A stretch of DNA of 29,409 nucleotides from Candidatus Aenigmatarchaeota archaeon (GCA_039000985.1 JAWBMD010000012.1:1-29409); one strand, 5' to 3'. Shown: positions 8,475-17,773, counted from the stretch's first letter. A program made the numbers and translations. Notes: generated by a model not told the origin, from the letters alone.

Positions 8475-9413
8475 TTAACTACTGGTTAAAAAATCTAAAA
8501 TATTTGCCCAAGCCTTAGAAACATTTTCTATATTATAACCTCCGCCTCCAACTACAATTAGCTTACCATTACAAATTTCATCAGCTAATGAACTAATAGC
8601 TTTAACAGCTTTTAAATGAGCATGTAAGCTATATTTTAATTGAGTTAAAGGATCTCCATTAATACCATCAGCTCCAGCTTGTAAAATTATAATTTCTGGT
8701 TTTGCTTCCTTTCCAAAATTTATTATTTTTTCAATTGCATTTAACAATTCTTTATCGCTGGAATTTGGTGGAATTGGAATATTTAATTTAGTACCTTCAG
8801 CTTCTCCTTCTCCTCTTTCAAATTCAAAACCAGTTCCTGGATATAATGGTAATTGATGAATATCGGCAATCCAAACTTTTGGATTATTATAAAAGCTATA
8901 AAAAACTCCATCACCATGATGAGCATCTATATCAACATAAAGAATTCTTTTTATTTTGAATTCTTTAAAAATGTAATTTATAGAAACTCCAATATCATTA
9001 AAAACACAAAATCCAGCACTTCTATCTGGATAAGCATGATGTAGACCGCCAGCAATATTAAAACCTTTATTAACATTACCATTCAATATTTCTTTTGCTA
9101 TCATTAAAGATGCCTCTACAGCTGCTAAAGAATTTTCAAAAACACCTTTATATGATGGCGTATCTCCATAATCAAGAAATCCTTTTCCAATTTTAGATGA
9201 TTGCTTTACAAATTCGACATGTTCTTTTGTATGAAATAAGTAAAGAATATCTTCACCAAAATTTTCAACTTCTTTAACAATTAAATTTTCTCTTTCAAAT
9301 AATTTCATTTGTTTTGCTATTTCTATTGTCTTTTTTAATCTAAGAGAAGTTAAAGGATGATTTGGAAAACCATAATTAAGATTCCTCCCAATTGGGAAAA
9401 GTACTTTCTTCAT
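8475..9413 (-). CDS. Zn-dependent deacetylase, AcuC/histone deacetylase family
   Basis: GGLHHA, GFCVFND, DIDAHHGDG, LYPGTG, GADG and GGGGY motifs. Confidence 0.93.
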   Translation of the reverse strand: MKKVLFPIGRNLNYGFPNHPLTSLRLKKTIEIAKQMKLFERENLIVKEVENFGEDILYLFHTKEHVEFVKQSSKIGKGFLDYGDTPSYKGVFENSLAAVEASLMIAKEILNGNVNKGFNIAGGLHHAYPDRSAGFCVFNDIGVSINYIFKEFKIKRILYVDIDAHHGDGVFYSFYNNPKVWIADIHQLPLYPGTGFEFERGEGEAEGTKLNIPIPPNSSDKELLNAIEKIINFGKEAKPEIIILQAGADGINGDPLTQLKYSLHAHLKAVKAISSLADEICNGKLIVVGGGGYNIENVSKAWANILDFLTSS

Positions 9414-9451
9414 TTTTCAAAATAAATTTTTTATATTATAGCTTAATTTAT

Positions 9452-9784
9452 ATGATGAAAAAGCTTGTTTTAATAATTGTAGCATTTTTGATTGTAATAC
9501 TATATTTTCTAACTTCAAAACCTTTAAGCTCTGAATCAGAAAAAGCAAAAGAAATTTGTATTAAAAAATGCCAAGATGCTTTATCTTCTGGTCAAAATTT
9601 AGCTAATGGTCCTTGTCTTCTTAATCCAATAGAAGAATTACCAGATTGGGTTTGCGATGTAGCACATCATCCTAGAGAAAATATTGATAATTTACCAGAA
9701 AATCAATGCTCGGCTTTTAGAGAAGGTAAAGCAAAGCATTTTGTTGAAGTATCTCCGACTTGCGAATTTATTAGAAGTTATTAG
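9452..9784 (+). CDS. Small secreted or membrane-anchored Cys-rich hypothetical protein
   Basis: The likely start is MMKK at 9452/9455 (the track's start at 9392 overlaps the deacetylase gene). A hydrophobic helix is followed by a domain with six Cys. Confidence 0.75.
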   Translation: MMKKLVLIIVAFLIVILYFLTSKPLSSESEKAKEICIKKCQDALSSGQNLANGPCLLNPIEELPDWVCDVAHHPRENIDNLPENQCSAFREGKAKHFVEVSPTCEFIRSY

Positions 9785-10925
9785 TTCTCTCTTTCACAAA
9801 CATTAATAAAAATAGAGCCAAACTTGTTAAAAATAAAGAAAAATAAAATGGTGCAACTTTACCAAATAAAACCCAAAAAAATCCTGCTATTGAAGAAGCT
9901 GGTAATGCACATAAACCTGTAATCATTTGAAATATACCTAATGAACTTGCTCTATATTTTGGTGATGATAACTCTGAAACAAAAGCAGTTTGTACTGGTA
10001 TTCTAGCTGCTAAATGAAGTCCATATAAAACAAATAATATTATGATTTCAAAATAAGATTTAACATAAATAAAACCGAGACACATTAATGCAAAAAGTAT
10101 ATAAGATAAACTTAAAACAGTTTTTCTTTTTAATTTATCTGAAAGTTTCCCAAATACTAGCGACATTAATGAAGCTACTACAGTAAAAATTAGATATAAA
10201 ACTGGAATAAAACTAGTTTGAAAACCAAATTCTTCTGCATAAATTAACAAAAAAGAATAGCTGAAAAAACCAAGAGAAAATATCGAATTTGATAACAAGA
10301 AAAAATTAAAGTTTTTACTTAATCCTTTTAAAGAAAATCCTTTATGAATTTTTCTTGTTTTTCTTTCTTTTATATAAAATAAAATGAGCAATGTACTAAC
10401 TATTGATGGTATTGAAGCAAGAATAAATAAATTTCTATAGCCTAATAAACTAAATAATATAATACAAGAAAAAATACCACAAACTGCTCCAAGATTATCC
10501 ATAGTTCTTAATAAACCAAAATTTCTTCCTCTATTTTTTCTTGTTGAAATGTCTGCAACAATAGCATCTCGAGGAGCGCTTCTTATTTTTCCAAATCTAT
10601 CTAAAATTTTAAATGGAATTAAATGATGCCATGTTAAAGATAAACCATATCCTAATCTTGATAAAGAACCAAAAAGATATCCTGTCCAAATAAAAATTTT
10701 TCTTTTTCTTAACTTATCTGAAAGATAGCCAGAAAATGCTTGTGAAAAAGAAACTATGGCATCGCCTAAACCATCAATAAAACCTAAAATAGCCATGTTA
10801 GCATTTAATATTTTTGTAACAAACAAAGGCCATATAGGATAAATCATATCCGAACCGAAATCATTAAGAAAAGAAGCTAAAGCAAAAACATTAACTATTT
10901 TTTTACTTTCGCTTTTTTGATTCAT
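9771..10925 (-). CDS. Major facilitator superfamily transporter
   Basis: Multiple TM helices; MFS motif A (GYLSDKLRKRK and GKLSDKLKRK); DRFGK..RSAPRDA. Confidence 0.92.
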   Translation of the reverse strand: MNQKSESKKIVNVFALASFLNDFGSDMIYPIWPLFVTKILNANMAILGFIDGLGDAIVSFSQAFSGYLSDKLRKRKIFIWTGYLFGSLSRLGYGLSLTWHHLIPFKILDRFGKIRSAPRDAIVADISTRKNRGRNFGLLRTMDNLGAVCGIFSCIILFSLLGYRNLFILASIPSIVSTLLILFYIKERKTRKIHKGFSLKGLSKNFNFFLLSNSIFSLGFFSYSFLLIYAEEFGFQTSFIPVLYLIFTVVASLMSLVFGKLSDKLKRKTVLSLSYILFALMCLGFIYVKSYFEIIILFVLYGLHLAARIPVQTAFVSELSSPKYRASSLGIFQMITGLCALPASSIAGFFWVLFGKVAPFYFSLFLTSLALFLLMFVKERTNNF

Positions 10926-10983
10926 ATATTTACTTTAGGAATAAATTAAAAATTGCTAATTTTTGCTACTTTCTTTACACAAG

Positions 10984-11496
10984 TTATATGAACTCGGTTT
11001 CCTTTGAAGGAAGGGCAAAAACTTTTCCAGCTTTGTGTAGTGGATACTTCCGGAATTCCTTTATGCCATAATTATCTAAAATTCCACCATAATTCAAAAC
11101 TTTACCAAAGAAAAAGCATGTTTCACCAAAAACTATTTCCTTTACTACTTTGCATTCCATGAATGCTAAAGAGTTTTTAATTATTGGAACATCTAGCTTT
11201 TTACCAGCTGAAAATTCAATTCTGAACTCTTTAGCTTTATTTATTTCTCTTCCACTACTACTTCCGACCTTCCAAATTAAATCTATATTGTCAATTACAT
11301 TAACGGAGAACTGCTCATATTTTTTGATTAATGTATATGAATAATTTCCTTTCCAAGAAGATAATCCAACAATTTTTTCTTCCTCATCTACTGGAGTAAT
11401 CCAGCTACAAGCAAAAAAATTTACTTCATTTTTTTTCTACACTTCCGCTCCTATTACTACAACAGGTCTTGAATGCAAAATGTAATAAAACTTCAT
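10984..11496 (-). pseudogene. Flavin reductase-like (DIM6/NTAB) gene interrupted by one in-frame TAG at codon 20
   Basis: Minus-strand translation: MKFYYILHSRPVVVIGAEV*KKNEVNFFACSWITPV...FSVNV...VGSSSGREINK...PIIKNSLAFMECKV...FFFGKVL...PLHKAGKVF. The span is 513 nt in a single frame, with TAG at 11437-11439. Confidence 0.82.
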
Positions 11497-11763
11497 ATCG
11501 AATTTTTAAATTTTTCAAATTAATTACAAAGCTTTATTCCACGAATAGTATTTATTTAGATTTTAATGATGGAGATTGGGTAAATTAAAAATATTTTTCT
11601 CAAAATTGTAGATCAATACTGCTAATTTTCCCGAAAAAGCAAAGCTTTATTCATATTGTATTTCATAAGCAGAATAGTTTTGTTCTTTATATAATGCTTG
11701 CTATAATAAAAATTTCATAAGTTCTAGATATTTATTGCTTACTAAAGCTCATAAAAGAATAAA

Positions 11764-11783
11764 ATATTTAAATATCAAGATAT
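11764..11783 (+). promoter_or_regulatory. Putative TATA box (TTTAAATA) and overlapping inverted repeat upstream of vapB
   Basis: TTTAAATA at 11767-11774, about 20 nt before the ATG; inverted repeat ATATC-AA-GATAT at 11772-11783. Confidence 0.45.
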
Positions 11784-11794
11784 AAATAAATTTT

Positions 11795-12028
11795 ATGAAA
11801 ACAACAATTACTTTGGAAGATGATCTTTACAAGAAGCTTATAAGAGAAGCTTTGGAAAAATATGGTTCTACAAGAAAGCTTTCTTATCTTATAAATCAAA
11901 AATTAAAAATGATTGAAACCCTAGAAACAAAACCAATAAAAAGAATTAGATTCAAATTTGGAAAGAAAATAACCTTAAAAAAAGCTGAGAAAATTATAGA
12001 AAAGGGGCTAGAAGAGATTGCAGGATGA
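11795..12028 (+). CDS. vapB: VapB-type antitoxin (RHH/CopG-like)
   Basis: N-terminus MKTTITLEDDLYKKL (beta-strand then helix); ATGA overlap with the downstream PIN gene. Confidence 0.8.
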   Translation: MKTTITLEDDLYKKLIREALEKYGSTRKLSYLINQKLKMIETLETKPIKRIRFKFGKKITLKKAEKIIEKGLEEIAG

Positions 12029-12414
12029 TTATAGATACAAATGTTCTTATCTTCGATACTTTCATAGACTCAGAAAAGCATGAAGAAGCAAAAGAATTAT
12101 TAGACTCTTTACATGAGTGGTATTTACCTACTATTGTTTTAATAGAATTCATAGCTTTTTTAAATAAAAGTGGAATAAAAAGAGAAGAATTATTAGCCAA
12201 AATAGAGGAGCTAATTAAAAACCCAAAAACAATTTTAATTGGAATAGAAAGCGAAGATGTAATAAAAGCGATAGAAATGATAAGAAAAGAAAAGCTATCA
12301 ACTCTTAGATTAAATGATAAAATTATTTTAAATATCTCGAAAAGATTAAAAAAACCACTACTAACTTTTGATAAAGATTTAGAGCTCCAAGCTAAGAGGA
12401 ATTCAAACAAATAA
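12025..12414 (+). CDS. vapC: VapC PIN-domain ribonuclease toxin
   Basis: IIDTNVL, IVLIE, NDKII and LLTFDKDL supply the PIN acidic residues. Confidence 0.92.
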   Translation: MIIDTNVLIFDTFIDSEKHEEAKELLDSLHEWYLPTIVLIEFIAFLNKSGIKREELLAKIEELIKNPKTILIGIESEDVIKAIEMIRKEKLSTLRLNDKIILNISKRLKKPLLTFDKDLELQAKRNSNK

Positions 12415-12427
12415 TTTAATTTTTAAA

Positions 12428-12513
12428 TGCAGGGGGTGGGATTTGAACCCACGAAGGGACTAACCCAGCAGGTCCTAAGCCTGCCGCCATTGACCAGGCT
12501 AGGCGACCCCTGC
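12428..12513 (-). tRNA. tRNA-Leu (anticodon TAG), long variable arm, intronless
   Basis: Reverse complement GCAGGGG...GCAGG-CTTAGGA-CCTGC...GTGGGTTCAAATCCCAC-CCCCTGC-A. Confidence 0.95.
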
Positions 12514-12545
12514 TCATAATTAATTCAATCTTATGAAATTAATTT

Positions 12546-12947
12546 ATGAAATCCCAAGTTGCACTAGATTATTTTATTGTTGTAAGCTTTTTCATACTAA
12601 TACTTACCCCATATATAATTTACTTAACAAAACTTTCAGCAAGCTATAAAGAAGATAAAGATTTAGCATTAGCGATGAATGCTTTACAAAAAATAGGACA
12701 AATGATTGATTGGATTGGCTTTCAAGGAGAACCAGCTAAAGTTTCATTAATTATTACAATTCCAGAAAGTGTTATTTCAATGAATTACACTCAAAACATG
12801 ATAATATGGAAAGTAAAAACTAGTGCTGGCATTTCTGATATTTCATATGACACAAAATTTAATGTAACACTAAACATAACAAAAAGAGGAGAATTGAAAG
12901 TTATTATAGAAGCCTTTGAAAATAATGTGAAAGTTTATGTCAGCTAG
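12546..12947 (+). CDS. Class III signal peptide (type IV pilin-like) protein
   Basis: MKS|QVALDY followed by a hydrophobic helix; QGEPAK motif. Confidence 0.8.
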   Translation: MKSQVALDYFIVVSFFILILTPYIIYLTKLSASYKEDKDLALAMNALQKIGQMIDWIGFQGEPAKVSLIITIPESVISMNYTQNMIIWKVKTSAGISDISYDTKFNVTLNITKRGELKVIIEAFENNVKVYVS

Positions 12948-13311
12948 CATAGAATTCTTTGTATTTGTTACACTTTCCTTGCTAATAGTTATGAGTTTAA
13001 TTTCTTATAGCGGAAATCTTTATATTTCATCTTATAAGCAAAAAGTTTATAATGATTTAGAAAATATTGCTGAATTTATTGCAAATGAAATAAACATTGC
13101 TGCTTCTGCTGGAGATGGTTATGTAAGAATTTTTTTCATGAATAGCAAAGGTTATAATTTTTCTGTTGAAATTAATGATTACCTAGTTAGAATATTTTAT
13201 GAAAATTTTGAAGTAAATAGACCAATATATGTTAAAAATGTTGGCGGAACAATTAAGTTAAATAAAAATAATTTAATAAAAAATGTTGAAGGAAATATTT
13301 TCATTCAATAA
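12937..13311 (+). CDS. Pilin-like protein lacking a basic leader
   Basis: MSASIEFF plus hydrophobic helix; IANEINIAASAGDGY. An in-frame TGA lies three codons upstream. Confidence 0.75.
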   Translation: MSASIEFFVFVTLSLLIVMSLISYSGNLYISSYKQKVYNDLENIAEFIANEINIAASAGDGYVRIFFMNSKGYNFSVEINDYLVRIFYENFEVNRPIYVKNVGGTIKLNKNNLIKNVEGNIFIQ

Positions 13312-13777
13312 AGGACAAGTATTTTCTTATGATTTTTTTGTTGCAGCAATAGCTTTAACATTCATAATTCTTGTTGCAATATACAACTTTTATAATAATT
13401 TAAAAATTAGCATGGAAGAAAGAAAATTATCATTAGCTTTTAACCTATTATCTTCAACATCTCAAATATTTTTTGAAGAAGGAATTCCAAATGATTGGAA
13501 TGAAACAAATTTTATAAGAATAGGATTAGCAAAAAATGAGCAAGTTGATTTAGAAAAATTAAAAAAGCTTGAAAATGTTGATTATAAAAAATTTTTGAGT
13601 AGCTTGGGTGGTGGAATTTATTACGTTAAAATAGAAATATATAACAAAACTGATCAGCTTGTTTATGAATATCCAAAATTGCTTTCAATAGAGGGAAAAT
13701 TAATTTTAAAAATAGAGAGAAAAATAATTTTAAATAATACATATGCTAAAGGAATTGTTTATGTTTTAGAAAAGTGA
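13283..13777 (+). CDS. Class III signal peptide (minor pilin-like) protein
   Basis: KG|QVFSYDF plus hydrophobic helix; EGIPNDWN and IGLA motifs. Confidence 0.8.
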   Translation: MLKEIFSFNKGQVFSYDFFVAAIALTFIILVAIYNFYNNLKISMEERKLSLAFNLLSSTSQIFFEEGIPNDWNETNFIRIGLAKNEQVDLEKLKKLENVDYKKFLSSLGGGIYYVKIEIYNKTDQLVYEYPKLLSIEGKLILKIERKIILNNTYAKGIVYVLEK

Positions 13778-15705
13778 AAGCAATATCATTTACATTAGAT
13801 TTAATTGTTGGAATATCTTTTGCAATTTTAATATTTTTGCTAGCACCAATAAAACTAAAAAGTAGTTTAGAACATAGCAACATATTTTTGCTTTCAAATG
13901 AAGCTAATGATATAATGAAAATACTTTCTGAAGTTAAAGCAAAAGAATTTTTAAATATTTCAGAAATAAAAGAAGATGATTTGGAAAATCCAATCTTAGA
14001 ACTAATAGGAAGTTTATGGTTTTCTGGAAACAAAAGCTTAGCTTCTAACATAACAAAAGAAGTTATTTCAAAATTAACGAAAAATTGCTTTTCTTTGGAT
14101 ACAGAAAATGAAACAATTTATAAAAGTTGTGAAAAAGATGGAGAAAACAAAGTTGTTTCATTTCAAATATCTTCTGGTTATCAAATTGGTAAGCCAATAA
14201 AAGGTTATATTGCTAGAGCTTGGGCAACAAAAGTTATTAAAAACACAACATTAATAATACCATTTTACCCAAGTGGCTCTGGCTGGACGGGACAAACATT
14301 TGAATTAACAAAAAAATTTAAGCTACCAAATAACATAACAATAATTAATGCAACTCTTTTCATTTCTGTTCATTTTGGTACAACAAAAAGTAATGTGGAG
14401 GGTGGGGCTGGATTTCAAACATTAAAAGTTAATGGTATTCCTAGAAAGCAAGATGTAGTTTGGTTATATTTAGAACAGGAAGGTACTGGAAGTGAAATAA
14501 CTACAGCAGCATATGGCTATCTAGATGTTACAAATAATTTAAATGCTGGGGATAATGTAATAGAATTATCTATTAATACACCAAATTATCATTCCCATAT
14601 TCATCCAGGATTTAGATTAGTTGTTACTTATAATCTTTCACAAGATGTTTCTTCTGGCCAACAATATTTTTCCAAAAGATATTATTTTGATAATATAATT
14701 GGTAGAAAGGGTAGTTGGTCTATGCTTTCTTTTTTCATACCTGAAGATGCGGAAAATATCTCTGCTATATTGCATTTGAATGCTAAAGATATTGAAGATA
14801 CATATGTTGGTAGTTATAATACTACGGATATAATAATATATGCTAATTCAAATACCCCAATATACATGGATAGTAGTGGAACTGGTTCAGATAGATGTAT
14901 TTACAAATCAAGATATTTTTGTAGAAGAAATATAGCGAGCACTTTTAATTTTAGGCAATATTTTAATTTAACTCCATATTTAGTTAACGGAACTAATGTA
15001 GTTTCAATTTACATAAATTGTTGTGATTACAGGAATAACTTATATGATTATGAATGGGGAAGTTTATCATCACAAATATATTCCTCTCCTTTAGATGATC
15101 CTGATAATTCTTCTTATGTTGAAGTAAATTATAGCTTAAGAAAAAAAAGATTTGAGTATGGAGAAATAGATATAACAAAAGAAATTTTATTTGGTGGAAA
15201 TCCCTCTAACCCAAAAACTTTTTACTACTTTATAAATTCTAGCAGAAGCAAAATAACGGAAAGCTTTGTTCATATAGCTCAAGGCTTTAGTTATATGGTA
15301 AATGTTACTCAAAAAAATCCAAATGGAACTATTTTAAAAGTATTTACTTCACCCTCTGGAAGAGTTGTACCAGAAAATGTTTTTGTATTCCCAAGCTATA
15401 TTGGAATTGGAAACAATAGCATTACAATTAGAGATTTCCAGCCAGATGGTTCTACTTCCCCAAGAAATTACATATTACCATATTCATCTTTTGAATATAC
15501 TTATTTAGTAAAAGCTTTAGTTGGTTATGGAAATGTTTTTGAAAATTTAAACGATGCAATAAATGATGCCATTTATAGATTAACAACACAAATTGGAGAA
15601 GAGGGTATTTCTGCATCTGGCATATCTACAGATTCCCAATCTATTGGAGATATAAAATGGATGTGGGGGCCTGCATTCTTTAAACTTGTTTTATGGCAAA
15701 AATGA
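13774..15705 (+). CDS. Large class III signal peptide protein with repeated beta-sandwich domains (putative adhesin)
   Basis: MKA|ISFTLD plus TM helix; internal repeated beta-rich units; many N-x-S/T sequons; C-terminal WGPAFFKLVLW. Confidence 0.75.
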   Translation: MKAISFTLDLIVGISFAILIFLLAPIKLKSSLEHSNIFLLSNEANDIMKILSEVKAKEFLNISEIKEDDLENPILELIGSLWFSGNKSLASNITKEVISKLTKNCFSLDTENETIYKSCEKDGENKVVSFQISSGYQIGKPIKGYIARAWATKVIKNTTLIIPFYPSGSGWTGQTFELTKKFKLPNNITIINATLFISVHFGTTKSNVEGGAGFQTLKVNGIPRKQDVVWLYLEQEGTGSEITTAAYGYLDVTNNLNAGDNVIELSINTPNYHSHIHPGFRLVVTYNLSQDVSSGQQYFSKRYYFDNIIGRKGSWSMLSFFIPEDAENISAILHLNAKDIEDTYVGSYNTTDIIIYANSNTPIYMDSSGTGSDRCIYKSRYFCRRNIASTFNFRQYFNLTPYLVNGTNVVSIYINCCDYRNNLYDYEWGSLSSQIYSSPLDDPDNSSYVEVNYSLRKKRFEYGEIDITKEILFGGNPSNPKTFYYFINSSRSKITESFVHIAQGFSYMVNVTQKNPNGTILKVFTSPSGRVVPENVFVFPSYIGIGNNSITIRDFQPDGSTSPRNYILPYSSFEYTYLVKALVGYGNVFENLNDAINDAIYRLTTQIGEEGISASGISTDSQSIGDIKWMWGPAFFKLVLWQK

Positions 15706-16658
15706 AAGGAATATTTTTTAGTTTAGTTATTTTATTTCTAATGTTTTCACTTTTCCTTATTTTATTTATTCATCAAACAACAATATTTGAAAGTAGTGAA
15801 ATTATTAGCATAAAAAATAGAATAAATTCGATGATAACTTTAATTAAAGCTATTGCAAAAGATTCTGAAAAAGCTATTTCTATAATATCAAAAAGAGCTA
15901 TGAATGCCGCGATAAACTATGTTATAACAAATGGGATTGGTTTAAATAATGCTAATGAAACAATTGTTGAATTAATAGTTAATGGAAGCATAAATGGAAC
16001 ATCTCAACCTTTAATGGAAAACTCTACATTAAAAGATTGGAGTAGCAAAATGATATATATTGCCTCTACCAAAGGATTTTTTGCAAGCATAGATTTCCCA
16101 TATATTTTTGTTTTCATGAACGATAGCTTTACAGTATCTGTTAAATATAAAATAAAAATAGTTGTGAAAGATGAAAAAACAAGCTCAAACATAACAAAAA
16201 GTTTTGAAAAAGTTGTTTATAGCTCTATATTAAATCTTGAAGACCCATTATATCCTTTAAATACTTATGGTAGAGTTCCAAATTATTTTAAACAAAGTCC
16301 GCACTTGCTTACTCATAATACTACTCAACTAATAGAAGATTTAAACAATTCTTATTATCACATAAGCCTAAATGGGGCTAGTTTTTTTGATAGGTTAGAG
16401 GGGAAATATTTTGTTCAAGAAAAATATAAAATTTCAAACAATTACGTAGGTTTAGAAAGCTTTGTGAATAAAGATAAATTATTAACAAGTGGAATACCAA
16501 TAAATGAAAACCAAACAAACATTGACTACTTATATTTCTCTAACTATAACACAACTTCGTATAAAATAGTTGGAATGCCAAATAATTTTAGATTGGATAA
16601 TGAAACAACAATATTCAATAAAACTCATTTGGAGATATATAATGCTACAATAGAATGA
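15693..16658 (+). CDS. Class III signal peptide (pilin-associated) protein
   Basis: MKG|IFFSL plus helix; LEDPLYPL, GASFFDRLEG, GLESFV and IDYLYF blocks. Confidence 0.78.
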   Translation: MAKMKGIFFSLVILFLMFSLFLILFIHQTTIFESSEIISIKNRINSMITLIKAIAKDSEKAISIISKRAMNAAINYVITNGIGLNNANETIVELIVNGSINGTSQPLMENSTLKDWSSKMIYIASTKGFFASIDFPYIFVFMNDSFTVSVKYKIKIVVKDEKTSSNITKSFEKVVYSSILNLEDPLYPLNTYGRVPNYFKQSPHLLTHNTTQLIEDLNNSYYHISLNGASFFDRLEGKYFVQEKYKISNNYVGLESFVNKDKLLTSGIPINENQTNIDYLYFSNYNTTSYKIVGMPNNFRLDNETTIFNKTHLEIYNATIE

Positions 16659-17347
16659 AAGAAATAATAGGTTTTATCATTTTTGCTATTTTCATGATTA
16701 TTTTAATTCTTTTTATATTAAGCTTTGTTTTTAAATTAGATATTTTTAAAAGTATTGTTGAAAGAGAAGCATTTGAGGAAACAAGAAAAACAAAAACTAT
16801 ACAAGAAAAAAATATTTCTGGTGAAAATAAAAGCAGTAGTGAAAGTAGTGAAGAAGAAATAGCTAGAGCTATTAGTGAAAAAAATAGAGAAAAAGTTATT
16901 TATACTAAAATAGTTGATATATGTATTACAAACGAGGAACAAGCGAGCATAGTAGAAGGAAGTGGAATGGATTGCTTGAATAAAGAAGAACCATATAATG
17001 TTGAAATTTTTCAATTAAATGAGACTAATCTATTGCTAAAATTTGATAATGATACAAATTTTATTTCAAAACCATCAAATCTTTTTACAGTTTTTATAAG
17101 GGGGATAAATTTAGTAGCTAATGAAACGAACAATATTTATTTTTTGCCAGAAACAAATTTTTATCCAAAAAATTATACAATATATACTGTTTGGATTTCT
17201 AATGAAATTTATGAAATATCGGCAAGCTTACCAATTGGTATTAAAGAAAATTCTATAAGCAAAAAATTTGAGGAAGAGCTAAAATTTTATGTGAATGCAT
17301 TGAACAAAACTTTTTATGCTGGTAGTATTTATATCAAAAAAAATTAA
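16655..17347 (+). CDS. Membrane-anchored hypothetical protein
   Basis: N-terminal TM helix, S/E-rich linker and beta-rich extracellular region; ATGA-coupled to the upstream gene. Confidence 0.7.
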   Translation: MKEIIGFIIFAIFMIILILFILSFVFKLDIFKSIVEREAFEETRKTKTIQEKNISGENKSSSESSEEEIARAISEKNREKVIYTKIVDICITNEEQASIVEGSGMDCLNKEEPYNVEIFQLNETNLLLKFDNDTNFISKPSNLFTVFIRGINLVANETNNIYFLPETNFYPKNYTIYTVWISNEIYEISASLPIGIKENSISKKFEEELKFYVNALNKTFYAGSIYIKKN

Positions 17348-17757
17348 GCTCCGTGAAGTGTTGCTGTTACACTCTTAAAAACATCTATTGTTCTATTATA
17401 TTCAATTGTTATAGTAACATCTCCGGCGAACTGTCCTCTACACCTCAAAGTTATATCACTATTGGGAGGATAAGGATTGGTGAAGGCGCTACAATTAGCA
17501 GTGATATTAGAGCCACCTTTATAAACATTTCTTATTTCTAGTTCATATGGTCCATTTGCTAAAACTAGTGCATCCCTACTATGATCTTTATACTGAAACT
17601 CTGTACCTGCTGGGAAGCATGGACTACATGATGGTCCTCCTCTACCAATTCTAAAAACACCCATTGCATACAATGCAACTATTACTGAAACTATTATTAG
17701 TATTGCTATCCCATATGTCATCAAGAATTCCATAGCAGCTTGACCTTTTATCTTCAT
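17344..17757 (-). CDS. Probable major type IV pilin (class III signal peptide)
   Basis: KG|QAAMEFLMTYGIAILIIVSVIVALYAMG with Q at +1 and E at +5; small Cys-containing globular domain. Confidence 0.88.
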   Translation of the reverse strand: MKIKGQAAMEFLMTYGIAILIIVSVIVALYAMGVFRIGRGGPSCSPCFPAGTEFQYKDHSRDALVLANGPYELEIRNVYKGGSNITANCSAFTNPYPPNSDITLRCRGQFAGDVTITIEYNRTIDVFKSVTATLHGA

Positions 17758-17773
17758 AAAGTTTATTTATTTT

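Noticed and set aside
11150..11344. Plus-strand 64-aa ORF
   Set aside because: Antisense to the interrupted flavin reductase gene.
11437..11439. Pyrrolysine or genome-wide TAG reassignment
   Set aside because: TAG terminates normal genes in the window, no pyl genes are seen, and indels or a nonsense change explain it more simply.
11500..11760. Possible gene remnant upstream of vapB
   Set aside because: I could not recognise any protein motif by eye.
11994..17541. Opposite-strand ORFs at 11994, 13746, 14993, 16004, 16736 and 17353
   Set aside because: Shadows of vapC and the pilin-cluster genes.
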